A stretch of DNA of 63,996 nt, counting the filler, from Asterionella formosa (lineage: Eukaryota), in NCBI GenBank assembly GCA_002256025.1. It is 7 parts of 7 records of this genome, joined end to end, with 100 filler letters (N's around TTAATTAATTAA, not from the genome) between each part and the next. Parts side by side here need not be neighbours in the genome. Positions count along the whole stretch, not along the records: positions 9,217 to 18,330 come from NKIB01011114.1; positions 18,431 to 27,541 come from NKIB01011117.1; 5 more parts are not named here. One strand, given 5' to 3'. Shown here piece after piece: positions 10,374 through 21,625 of this stretch (within the stretch, counting starts at the first letter, position 1; each line of letters begins with the position of its first letter). The translations under genes and the position numbers were made by a program. The notes below the pieces were generated by a model, which saw nothing but the letters and a program-made list of their open reading frames with translations, had not been told where the DNA came from and did not search any database.

Positions 10374-12149
10374 CTAGGTAAAAGCAATGCGATTTTCCTT
10401 CAACTTGGCCTCCAAGTAATCAATTCGTTTCTTCGCAGCATCCAGTTTCGCAGTAAGTTGTCCAACTGTCTGGAATGACTTCTTCTTAGTAGATGTTCCG
10501 CCCCGCCTGGCTGGATCAAGAGACATCAAGGCCGGAGCCTTACTCGATCCATTCAACCACTCATCAGCGGAATGAGCAGGAACATTCCCAGGAGTATCAG
10601 GGAAAATGTCGTCTTGAAAGGCATCTGACTTGCGAGGGACAAAGAATCTCAAGGGTTGAACACCTTGATTGTTGGTCAATTTCAACACGCAAGCAGTTTC
10701 GTGCTTCATGACATCTAAGCCTCGCTTGGGGACCAAACATGCTCCCTTTGTCGGGTTCGTTGAACGGAAGCCATCATTGAGCTTGAAAAAATAGGGTGCA
10801 GTGTCCTCGAACTCGTACACTCTCATAATGCCATCTCCCTTACCACACAAGTACACGACATTTGTGTCATTGTCATATAGGGGAATCATGCCACCACTTG
10901 CCGTGTCAATAGTTTCTGTATGAACGGGCTTGGACAAATTCTTCAAATCCCAAATCTTAACTTCACGAGAGGAGACCTTCGACGAACCAACGGATAGAAA
11001 TTTGGCCGTCTCTCCCAAAAATTGCAACTTGACAGACTTGTTGCCTTCGTGCGCTTCAAACGAAGTTGCCACAGTCGAGAGTCGTCCATCCATAATCCGA
11101 ACAATCTTGTCCTTGCATGACGTCGCATATTGATCACCACAATAATCCCAGACAATGTCTTGTGCCAAATCCGGCAGGTCATCATACGACGATACCGCTT
11201 CTGACTTTTCAATATCCCAAATCTTGACGGTTCCGTCAGCTGCTGTCGATGCCAAGATGTTCGCAGCCGAGGGATGGTAACGAACCAACGTGACCTTCTT
11301 CTTGTGTCCGAGTAAATCGACGAGGCTTTCTGTAATGTCAGCACCTGGTTTGGCCATACCCGATTCATCTGTAGGTTCGAAGTCGTCTGGAATGGACCAA
11401 ATTTTGATGGTTGTATCTTCCGAGGCTGATGCAAACATGCTGTCATCGAAGGGATTGAAGTCCATGTCCAAGACAGAGCCAGTGTGTCCCTGCACCAGGG
11501 GGCCTTCCTCAAAGCGGCCAGGTCGGTCCAGGCGACCGACCATCATTGGCCCACCTCCTCCTGCCAATGCCACGACGAAGTACTTGGCAGATGCTTTGAT
11601 GTAAGATTGGTCGCCAGTGACGGTGGACAATCGCATTCCAGTGAAGCATTGCTGTGGGAGAGAGCGAGAGGGACAAGTGAATAAGCAAGGAATGGCAAGG
11701 GTGGGGGAAATAATACAGCTCAAGAATGATCATGTTGCGACGATCAATCATTAGGCTCGGTTCCCCTGGACCAATGAATTGCCAGAGATCGTCACCACGG
11801 GCCTTTGCCGTGCATCTTCAGTTCCTAGCTGCACAATAAAACAATTGCACAGACCTGTTCAGACAACACCACCTTCCGCAGTTTGGCAAGATCTCTGAAG
11901 CTTAGAAATTTCACGAGCCACTCCAGGGACAGAGAGGTATGGCATCGCAGGCACGTCAATAAGACGCTCGTCAAGGACACTGACTGACAGTGGCTATAGA
12001 CAGAAATGGAGGATGCGATGCATTGCGCAGCATTGCTAAGTGGTCACTTTAGTTCCATTGCTTTCCGCACAGGTTCTCCTTACCTCTGGCTTGGGGGCAT
12101 CGCAAAACACGTGACGAAACTTGGAGCTTCGAATTTTAAATCCGCTCAT
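10374..12149 (-). CDS. CORO: Coronin (actin-binding WD40 protein); exons 12149-12084 and 11651-10374
   Basis: Exon 1 MSGFKIRSSKFRHVFCDAPKPE followed by GTAAGG; acceptor CCCACAG. Motifs GHTGSVLDMDFNPF, GKGDG and VPRKSDAFQDDIFPDT, plus a C-terminal coiled coil. Confidence 0.93.
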
Positions 12150-13348
12150 GGTGGAGTACAGAACGGACCTTCAATGCTGTCGATTGTAATGCTCAAGGGC
12201 CGATGGCTAATATTTTATAGTTCTCCAAATATACCGGTATAATTTACATGTTGGCAGAACGACCAATAAATAGGGACCACTCTCTTGCATGTATGTTTTG
12301 ATATTTAAAAATATTAAGTATCAGAATATGTATATCATATATGTGCGCGCTGAATATAAAAATAAATCTATAATACCAGGTACCAGGTACCGGTAGTGCA
12401 CCAAAGTCGCCTGTCGCCGTATGGACCGTAAACCTCTTTATATCTCCACGTACTTCTCGGGTTTTGTAGAGCACTATTAGGGATGTAACTACCACCCACC
12501 GGTAATAAAAACGGTCGTGGAGATACCGGTGTATTGTGAAATTCTAACCCAGATACGCCAAATATAAGGGGTTAGGGCTACGTTTCGCGACATCATCCCA
12601 CACCAAAATAGTATGTAACGGTATATCAACAGAAACCACCTTGGCTTTTACACAAATTTTGCTGCCGAATACACCGCACATACAAACACGAATTAAATCA
12701 CTTACCGGTACTCGAAGTACCAGTAGGTGATGTTTTGAAAGTGGTGAAAACTAGCAGAAATGCCCCATCTAGTGAATAAGTGAGGTTCATTTCCATAGGG
12801 CTGATTTTAAAACAATTCTGATAAAATTTCTGTTTTAGCAAGTTATGACGAAAGACTTCTTAACACAATTTTCTGTTGGTTCCCTTAGAAGGGCGCCTGT
12901 TTTTAGCATGAGTTTCTTGATAATCCATGAATGCATCAACACCACAGGTTTTTTAGTAATTTCCTGCATTTTAATTGGATGTTGGTTTGTTGCTCCCAAC
13001 AGTCCAACATTATTCTGTGATACGTGGCAGCAGCATCAAAATGCGTGATGTACATATCCATTGTTAAAAGCGTTCATTATTTCAAGAGACATTTTCCAAT
13101 GGACAACTTCAACCAGCAATGAGACTCCTTGTATTATTGGCGGGACATGCTGGTCTTGTCACCATTACAGCTAAAAAAGCCTGTGAGTAAAAACCAGTAT
13201 GATCTTATGTTTTATTTAGCAGATGCTCGAAAAGTTACTGACTAAGCTAAATTTTTGTTAGACCAACAAGAATAATTATGATATACCAAAACCGCTTTCT
13301 ATTTGAGGATTAACTTAATATTTGTCTCAGGATATGACTACCATATAA

Positions 13349-13916
13349 TTCATTGTCCTGGATCCTCCAATGTACACTGCCATGACTGATTTTACTTAAG
13401 ATGGGTCCAGGACAATGAAGAGAGTTCCTTTATACTGGACCAAAGTAAATTTCATTAGTTCTACAGTATAGCGCACATTTTTCTAAGATATATTAATGAG
13501 AGAATTATTTCCGTGATTTGAAAAATGAGAGAGTTTTTCACCTCGCAAGAAAAACACGACTTCATGTTGTTATCGGCGATCTCAATTTTCGTTGTCATTA
13601 TTAGTGTTGTTACTTTACTTCTATTACGATAGTATTTTCAATGTCGTTCTAAATACAGGTAGCAACTAGCAAAGCGTCGTTCTCTACTTTCGTTGAGATA
13701 ATTCGTATTTTCGTCATGGTCAAGGTTACGACAACATGATGAAGGATTCTCCAGCTGCTCACAGCCACTCCCTGCCTTCTCTTGTGTTTTGTATGTACTA
13801 ATGAATCGCAACATGATAGTTAAAAAATTATATACTACTAGTGCCTACTAGCACCGAAAGAATTATAGTAGCACGTTACATTTTCTATGACAAGAATATT
13901 ATTGTGTGTTTGGCTC
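13349..13916. mobile_element. MITE-like element (family C), copy 1
   Basis: Starts TTCATTGTCCTGGATCC. Homologous to 60849-61434, but the internal segment 13544-13771 is in the opposite orientation. Confidence 0.6.
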
Positions 13917-14081
13917 CACCTCGAGAAAAATGTACAGGGGGGTCCAGCAACTATACTGTAGGGGCTTTTTAAAATTTCGTTGCTGTAGTACTATAGTACT
14001 TTTTTCGTAGACTCACTCACCTGTTTACTATATACTTCAGTGTCCTAGACCCCCCCTATGGTGGTTGCTATGGTAGCGCAC

Positions 14082-14622
14082 GTTTTATGCGCACCTTTTC
14101 AGTTTCGAAGCACTCCCAATTGATCATTTCATGCCTGCCGGACGAGATAGGCCAGCTTTCGATGAAAATAATATTCTTTATGTAATTTAGGAAAACGCTA
14201 CTTGTAATGACCGATGACAATGCGCAGAGTGAGTCTCTGAAGATGACTCGGATTTGCTGACTGAATGAACATGTTCAGCAAACCGTCTTATAGTAGCTTC
14301 AGAATCCAAATAGGAATCCTACATTTCTACAATAATAGCTTGCTGACAATGACTGAAATTTGATGACTATGACTAGGATTTGCTGACAATTACTAAAATT
14401 TGCTGACTACCACTAAAACTTGCTAACAGCGACGACTCAATTTGCTGACAACGATTGGAACTTGCGAATAAGAATAGATTTTCTGAATGACCCTTACTAG
14501 TATCACGCCTATGAAGTATATGCATGAACAAACACAACCACTACCCCTTGATTGCCTTGCCAATACTCCAAATAAGCATATGTAACATCATATCTATATA
14601 CATGGTCACAGTCATTATCACG
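14082..14622. repeat. Dispersed repeat (family B), copy 2, with ~21-bp tandem units at 14340-14470
   Basis: Colinear with 1249-1749. Its left part also recurs inverted at about 15128-15216. Confidence 0.65.
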
Positions 14623-14794
14623 CCAGATGCAAGAGACTACCGGCCGGGGTACCGCGCTCTACTACTACCAGTATTTGCAATATCAAACATATATCCCATA
14701 TGACTAATATACTATGGCTACGTAGGATACTGGTATATATTTTCAGGGTACCTGAGGTAGCCCTTATACAAGCTAGTATAAAATTATTTAGCTT

Positions 14795-15030
14795 ACATGT
14801 TGAGATTTCATTCTGTATATAAAACACTTGAGTGTAGTTCTTGTGCACGGATGGAGAATCCTGCATCATGCCATCTCCGCCTTGACCATGACGAAAATAA
14901 CGAATTTCTCCATGAAAAATGAAAACGACACTATGATATCTGGTAAATATATCCAACACAACATAGATAATACAATTGTAAAAAAATTGTAATAACACTA
15001 ATATTGATAACGAAAATTGAAGTCGCCTTA
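14795..15030. repeat. Diverged inverted partial copy of family C
   Basis: Contains ggagaatcc..ccttgaccatgacgaaaat..acgaaaattgaa shared with 61067-61250 and the reverse complement of 13575-13810. Confidence 0.5.
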
Positions 15031-15423
15031 CCAATGTAGGTGAACACAGTTTCGATGATCAGAACACAACTTGGATTTCATGAATGATAATTTAATATTG
15101 AAGAAAGATACTTAAGAAACTTTGGAATGAAAAGCCAGTCTATTTTGTCTGGCAGGCATGAGACAATCCATTGGGAGTGCGTTGATACTGTAAACATGCC
15201 CATAAAACGTGTGATACCAGACCTCCCTGGACCGCAAGGAACATTTTTTTCGAGGAAGTACCAACACCCAATAATTTTCTAGTCATGGACAAATTAACGT
15301 GCGTTAATTCTGTTGGCCCTTTTGGGCATGGGAATATGATTATTTGGCTGAAAAATGCGATTCTTTTTTATAGGTAATTGAAACACTAGTACAGTAGACC
15401 CTACCACTACTAGTGGTTGTGAG

Positions 15424-15625
15424 CAGGGATTTGACGGAAACTCCAAATCACAAATAGTTACGTAAAAAAATTGTTTTATTCAAAATTGACCTTGCATCAC
15501 TTTTTTCAAAAAGACCGCAGAAAAACATCACATATCCAGGTTTTCCGTTCTTTTGCAGTCTTTCGCGAACTTCATGTTCCTTTGCAGTCTTTTAAGGTGT
15601 TTTCGTTTGAACTCTCTCAGTGTGA
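15424..15625. repeat. Dispersed repeat (family D), inverted copy of 985-1199
   Basis: cagggatttgacggaaactcc...ctctcagtgt aligns to the reverse complement of 985-1199. Confidence 0.55.
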
Positions 15626-15970
15626 TACTGCTAGTCATGTTCAGCTAGTTGATTCAGCAAATTGCTGTCAGTTAGTTGATAAGAATAATGGCTTTTCTAA
15701 ATTCACTTGAGCAAGTTTGAGATTGAAAGCCAACTTATCCCAACTAGCAGACATGGCACGAACAATTGGGAATGAGTCAACATTGAAAAGGTTTTGCATA
15801 GACCATGTGTTACTGAACCTTCCAGGATACTGTCCCAAGTGGAGTTAGCCAACATGATGATCATGTAACATATGTAAATACGCAAAGACCTCTAATAACT
15901 GGGTACAATATGGAAAGGTTCTGGTATTGTCTAATTAATATATTCACAATTTTCGATAATGTAGTCATTA

Positions 15971-17893
15971 TTATGGGCATCCGCACTTTGCTTGATTTTC
16001 AGGTAGGTGAACAGCAATGCATTGCATACTATCCGGTGGGACAAAAACAGCATATATGTAGATGTCTCCACAAAGAAAGCCATCTCCGGCATCTGAGATG
16101 AAGACAGAAAAGTTACTAGGACGCCCTCCATTAAGGCACACTATACACCCTGAGGAGGAAGTGCCGACAGTTTGGTTAGTCGGAGAAGAAGTTTTGATTT
16201 GCACTGGAGCATGAGTAACTGGTGAACGAGTATGCGGTTGATGAGTGACTGGGGCTTGAGTCACTGGAGCCCGCGTAACTGGGGCGCGAGTAACTGGGGC
16301 TTTAGTAACTGGAGCTTCAGTAACCGGAGCCCGTGTCACTGGGGCTTTAGTCACAGGAGCTCGAGTAATTGGAGCGGGGGTAACTGGAGCTGGAGTGACT
16401 GGAGCAGGAGAAACTGGAGCAGGAGTAACTGGAGCAGGAGTAACTGGAGCAGGAGTAACTGGAGCAGGAGTAACTGGTGCAGGAGTAACTGGTGCAGGAG
16501 TAACTGGTGCAGGAGTAACTGGTGCAGGAGTACCTGGTGCAGGAGTACCTGGTGCAGGAGTAACTGGAGCTGGAATAACTGGAGCTGGAGTAATTGGAGC
16601 TGGAATAACTGGAGCTGGAGTAACTGGAGCAGGAGTAATTGGAGCAAGAATAACTGGAGCAGGAGTAATTGGAGCGGGAATAACTGGAGCGGGTGCAACT
16701 TGAACAATTGGAGCGGGAGTAACTTGAATAGGAGTAATTGGTGGTGAAGGACGTGGTGGGTACGGGTCAGGTTCGCCATCACAGCAGACGCCCCTGTACT
16801 CCCCTTGGTAAAAGGTACATTGTTTTGCACCAGAATTCGCCTGTGCCGTTGCAAAGTATTCAATGAATCCACAGCTGTGTCCAAACGACGGAACATAGAT
16901 GTTAGGGTCTGACAGAGAATTCCCTGCTCCACAGATATGGCAATAATCAGTCGTAGCAGGGTTGCATCCACAGTCTCGGCCAGCAATGGCTTGGGCAGCC
17001 GGGCAATCCAATTGCGCAATGTTATCCAAAGCAAACTGGTCCAAGGCGCACGTTCCATCAACTTTGGTAAAGTTAGATGATCTGCTCAAGTCAAAATAGC
17101 CCCCGTCTTCACATAACGTACAGTCTGGAGCAGCGCTTGGGCAGCCACATGCCCACTGGTCGTAACTATTTGTATTGTTGTCGCAGGAGGCAATTGGCCA
17201 GAAAGCAGCCACGCTGTCGGCATTTAGACAATAGTCGGTTATGTCCGGAACACGGGTTTCACCACGGGCAGCACCACCGTTACATATCGAGCACTGCTCT
17301 CCCGTGCTGATACCAGGGCACTCGCACAGGGATGGAAGGCCACTGTCTTGTTTCCCGGCACATTCAGCGCTGTCGATAGCAAATGTGCGAAGGAAGGTAT
17401 CATAGCCTCCACATGTATTATAGACACCAATTGCTTTCGAAGGGTTTCCAACCGAATTGCCGTCAGGACAAATGGAACAAGGTACTGTAGTGCCGGGGCA
17501 TCCACAGACTGATTGAATGTCCACGTGACTGGCAAAATCTGCCAAATTGGCTGTGCATTCTTGCTCTGTGGTCGAGAAAAGGGCAGCGAATTCAATATTA
17601 TTGCAAGTAGCAATGTTGGCATCACCGTACGGATTCGGCGGCGATCCATCGGAGCAAACATTGCATTTATACGAAGTTTCCTCCGCAAAGCACCCACAGA
17701 GCGTCGGATAGGTCCCTTGCTGGAACTGGGTGCAACCATCGGCACTCATCGACGGAAGCAACGCAATGACTTGTTGGCAAGTGCTTGCGAGGACTGCGTC
17801 TGCCGGGAGAGGAGGAGTACTTCCATCAGGGCACAAAGTACATTGCGAAGTGACAGAGGCCACGAGAGCTAGATAAGAGAGGATGCGGAACAT
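15971..17893 (-). CDS. Secreted Cys-rich modular protein with a Pro/Thr (TPAPV)n stalk; putative cell-wall or frustule-associated protein
   Basis: Signal peptide MFRILSYLALVASVTS. Seven CxxCxxG modules, most ending CGC/CEC. About 30 pentapeptide repeats. Confidence 0.8.
   Translation of the reverse strand: MFRILSYLALVASVTSQCTLCPDGSTPPLPADAVLASTCQQVIALLPSMSADGCTQFQQGTYPTLCGCFAEETSYKCNVCSDGSPPNPYGDANIATCNNIEFAALFSTTEQECTANLADFASHVDIQSVCGCPGTTVPCSICPDGNSVGNPSKAIGVYNTCGGYDTFLRTFAIDSAECAGKQDSGLPSLCECPGISTGEQCSICNGGAARGETRVPDITDYCLNADSVAAFWPIASCDNNTNSYDQWACGCPSAAPDCTLCEDGGYFDLSRSSNFTKVDGTCALDQFALDNIAQLDCPAAQAIAGRDCGCNPATTDYCHICGAGNSLSDPNIYVPSFGHSCGFIEYFATAQANSGAKQCTFYQGEYRGVCCDGEPDPYPPRPSPPITPIQVTPAPIVQVAPAPVIPAPITPAPVILAPITPAPVTPAPVIPAPITPAPVIPAPVTPAPGTPAPGTPAPVTPAPVTPAPVTPAPVTPAPVTPAPVTPAPVTPAPVSPAPVTPAPVTPAPITRAPVTKAPVTRAPVTEAPVTKAPVTRAPVTRAPVTQAPVTHQPHTRSPVTHAPVQIKTSSPTNQTVGTSSSGCIVCLNGGRPSNFSVFISDAGDGFLCGDIYIYAVFVPPDSMQCIAVHLPENQAKCGCP
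16200..16730 (-). repeat. 15-bp coding tandem repeat encoding TPAPV/IPAPI/TRAPV
   Basis: Repeated taactggagcaggag units. Confidence 0.95.
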
Positions 17894-18474
17894 CAGTCCT
17901 GTTTGCTTTCGAAACAAAAGTCAACCCGAATGCCGATAACAAAGCAATTGGAAGATTGAAATGCTGGCAGCGATGTGAGAATATATGTCATTGAATGCTA
18001 ACGATTGCAGCCGTGGTGTGCAACTCCCACCACCAATCTTGAAACAAGCCATCCGTCAATACTGTGCAGGTAAGTGCTCGAAATTATCGCCAAAAATGAT
18101 CTCGCCAACTACAAAAAATGAAGAATTTCAAATGGAATCCAACTTTTATTGTAATTCCATTCTTGCGAGTATCCTTACATAAATGATTAGACTCAAAGGA
18201 CCAGCACCAAGTTGCGGTAATTTTGCTGAAACTAAAATTTTAGCTTTCTTTATCATAGATTAAATGTTAGTTAAAGCAAAATGACCGCAACTTGCAGGTC
18301 CGGAGGATGTACCGGTATACATTAAGCTAANNNNNNNNNNNNNNNNNNNNNNNNNNNNNNNNNNNNNNNNNNNNTTAATTAATTAANNNNNNNNNNNNNN
18401 NNNNNNNNNNNNNNNNNNNNNNNNNNNNNNCAGTGTTCCGTTGTGTCCAAAGCTAAATACCTCATGCCTTCCAG

Positions 18475-19971
18475 GTGCGATCCCAAGAGGCCGCAAATCG
18501 CTACAGTGGGAGGCTCGTCCATTACTTTCGTCAGCTCTGCTGTCGCTCGTCGTCCCATGTTAACGGGAAAAGCCCAGCTGGGGATGTCGAAAATCCACCA
18601 GCTGCTGTCAAACCATGTTCAAGAAAGTACAGCATCAAATCTGCCTGGCGCAAGACGAGCCCTACAAACTGCTTCCAATACTTGTGCTTCTGTGGCGCAA
18701 AGGCCCTCTCCAAATTTACTGGAATGGCAGCTGGGATATCATACAATCGCTCGCTCGTCACTTTCTTGCACTGGCTTTTTAGAATTAACTTTTCGTTTTT
18801 GTTTCTTCTTAGCTGCTTTGTGTTTTTCGGGCTCGTCGTGATATTTACGGGCTTCATTATCTTGGCGGCGAATTTTGATGCTACATGCGTTCAGGTGGGA
18901 GGTGTTCCTTTACGATATCAAGGCGGAAACTCTTTTACGGACGCCTTTTCCTTGAGCTGGACAACGTTCTCCGGTGTTGGCTATGGATCGTCCTCTCCAG
19001 CGATATCCAGTGCGACCTCGAATCAAAACGACTGCACATTTATTACTCTTCTTTGCTCCTTTGAATCTTTTATAGGTGTGCTCTACTCAGGATTTTGTGG
19101 TGCCATCCTTTTTGGCAAAGTACTCAGAATTCTGTCAAATGCTCAAGTCATGTTTAGTGATCCACTTGTGGTTCGATTCGGTGCTGAAGAAATTGGGAAA
19201 CCAAACCAAACTACTACAAATAATGAAAGCATGCCAAAGAGAATCTCTTGTCCAGTACTAGAATTTAGAGTTGTCAACCTTCTCTCCGATCAAAGTGGAG
19301 GAGAAATCTTGGATGCCACTCTCAACGTGGTTGCCAACGTTGATGCGACGAGTGACAGTGGGTACGGGAGCCTCAGCCGCGGCTTGCCTCCCTCATTTAA
19401 TGACACTCCAATGAATTCTAGAATTTCTGCTAATTCGCGATCAGGAGTGAGGCAGTCAACCAACCAACACTTAAATCAACCAAACTCGATGGATAAAAGA
19501 AACAATGAGACTATATTTTCCAATCGAATTTTTTCTAAAATGAGAATTGAAGCACCTAACCATCCATTCTACAAACGAATTTGGGTGGTCCAGCATATAT
19601 TGAACGAATCCTCACCCATTGTAACCCCTCGAACCCGAAAAGCGATTCGTAACAATGGAGGCTATTGGCCAGAACATCTCAACAATCATTTAGGCGTCCG
19701 GCAATCACTGAATTTCAATCAAATTCTGGTCAGTCTGCATGGCATCTCCAAAGTGAGTGCATCGGATGTATACGCTCAACATACTTACGACTTTGTTGAC
19801 TTGAATATTGGCTACCAGTTTGTCAATCTGTTGTTTTGTGATAAGGATGGACTGAAAGTAGATACCGCATTGATGAATGATGTGGTTGAACAGTCTGGAG
19901 AAAAGGGTGAACCTTTGATTGATCAAGACTCATTATTAGGAAAGAATCGTAGATTTCTGTATGAACGATGA
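18475..19971 (+). CDS. Inward-rectifier K+ channel-like protein, last exon (upstream exon lost in a gap)
   Basis: TM1, pore DAFSLSWTTFSGVGYG, TM2 ESFIGVLYSGFCGAILFGK, then CPVLEFRVVN and HILNESSP. Acceptor-like CTAAA..TTCCAG ends at 18474. Confidence 0.82.
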   Translation: MRSQEAANRYSGRLVHYFRQLCCRSSSHVNGKSPAGDVENPPAAVKPCSRKYSIKSAWRKTSPTNCFQYLCFCGAKALSKFTGMAAGISYNRSLVTFLHWLFRINFSFLFLLSCFVFFGLVVIFTGFIILAANFDATCVQVGGVPLRYQGGNSFTDAFSLSWTTFSGVGYGSSSPAISSATSNQNDCTFITLLCSFESFIGVLYSGFCGAILFGKVLRILSNAQVMFSDPLVVRFGAEEIGKPNQTTTNNESMPKRISCPVLEFRVVNLLSDQSGGEILDATLNVVANVDATSDSGYGSLSRGLPPSFNDTPMNSRISANSRSGVRQSTNQHLNQPNSMDKRNNETIFSNRIFSKMRIEAPNHPFYKRIWVVQHILNESSPIVTPRTRKAIRNNGGYWPEHLNNHLGVRQSLNFNQILVSLHGISKVSASDVYAQHTYDFVDLNIGYQFVNLLFCDKDGLKVDTALMNDVVEQSGEKGEPLIDQDSLLGKNRRFLYER

Positions 19972-21625
19972 AGGCTATGCTGTCGAGTTTGAAAGGCATC
20001 AACGTTTTCTTCCCTTTGAGGAGGTGATTATTCTTGTGTTGTGTTTATTTGGAGGTTGGGGTTGATTTTAAAAAGCAGGAGAAATACATGATTGTACTGA
20101 GAAAGTCGGAGATACCTTTGCCCATCCTTGTTCAATGGTGTCAAGATATGATAGTGATGAAATATAAAAATTAGGTAGATTAACTTAGTTTACAAAAAGC
20201 GTGGGAAACTTCAATGAGACATTGGCAATTGTATTTCTTGAGTAGGTGGCAACCCAATGTGCTATGGTCTGAGAATATTGTTGCTGAGTTTGAAATGTAA
20301 AGCAGAGCAACATGCAAATCATTCAAAGTTCCACAAACCATACACTCCATGAGTTTGTTTGATTTGTTCATATGTTCCAAGAAAGTCAGGTCCAAACATG
20401 AGCAATGCCCATGCAGGAGAAAAATGGAGCCATGCCAATGTCAAAGACTCACTTTTATTGATTGCCTTGGAACTTTTTGCCATTGAACTTAATTCCCCTC
20501 ACCACCTATATTTGCTTTCAGGTCATGTTCATTTCTAACCCAGTCTGCAAATACATCTAGGATTTGCAGCCAAACATACTCCACTTCCATGACAGTGAGA
20601 TTAAACCAAAACAGTAGAGGTTCCCAAGTTGAAACAGTAAACCCCAGGACAGGAAAATGAGTAACAGCATCTTCCTGAGCATGCTTTCCTTGAGTCTTGT
20701 TGAAGTCTTTCTGATGATCCAAAATCCAAGGTTTCCCCCTCTGCAACATTTTTCCTTATTAGCTTGGCTTGCATTGCTTTCGCCTTCGCAAACCAAGTTA
20801 TTGCTTGTAACATTTTTAATTTGTTACACTCTGAAAGAAAGACGGTTCCATGCAACCAGGGATAGCCNNNNNNNNNNNNNNNNNNNNNNNNNNNNNNNNN
20901 NNNNNNNNNNNNNNNNNNNNNNNNNNNNNNNNNNNNNNNNNNNNNNNNNNNNNNNNNNNNNNNNNNNNNNNNNNNNNNNNNNNNNNNNNNNNNNNNNNNN
21001 NNNNNNNNNNNNNNNNNNNNNNNNNNNNNNNNNNNNNNNNNNNNNNNNNNNNNNNNNNNNNNNNNNNNNNNNNNNNNNNNNNNNNNNNNNNNNNNNNNNN
21101 NNNNNNNNNNNNNNNNNNNNNNNNNNNNNNNNNNNNNNNNNNNNNNNNNNNNNNNNNNNNNNNNNNNNNNNNNNNNNNNNNNNNNNNNNNNNNNNNNNNN
21201 NNNNNNNNNNNNNNNNNNNNNNNNNNNNNNNNNNNNNNNNNNNNNNNNNNNNNNNNNNNNNNNNNNNNNNNNNNNNNNNNNNNNNNNNNNNNNNNNNNNN
21301 NNNNNNNNNNNNNNNNNNNNNNNNNNNNNNNNNNNNNNNNNNNNNNNNNNNNNNNNNNNNNNNNNNNNNNNNNNNNNNNNNNNNNNNNNNNTAGATGGCG
21401 GATGAACTGTATCCTTGGTCCAGGTATACCGGTAGGGGCATTATATATACCGGTATTTTATACTAACAGGTACTACACGAGCGATATAAGTTAGGGCGGA
21501 TGGTGATATTGTTCTGCACATCACGCAAAGCTGACTCTTGGAAACATGCCATTTGAAGAGCTCTTTTGCCAATTCTCCTGCGCTTCTCTTGCTCGCACTG
21601 TTTCGTATCATAGGCGAGCAATAAG

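Noticed and set aside
11652..11723. ORF-track N-terminus of coronin (MSCIISPT..)
   Set aside because: Intron sequence; the true exon 1 is 12149-12084.
14340..14470. ~21-bp repeats as a CRISPR or iteron array
   Set aside because: Degenerate head-to-tail units inside a dispersed repeat, with no spacers.
16200..16730. 15-bp tandem repeat as a CRISPR-like array
   Set aside because: No unique spacers, in frame within a CDS, and the genome is eukaryotic.
16232..17061. ORFs with NWSRS, GAGVT or LLLQ repeats
   Set aside because: Antisense or alternative-frame shadows of the TPAPV coding repeat.
20100..20867. Short ORFs next to a gap
   Set aside because: Looks like decayed coding or TE sequence, but no motif could be assigned. 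The poly-X ORFs are gap artefacts.
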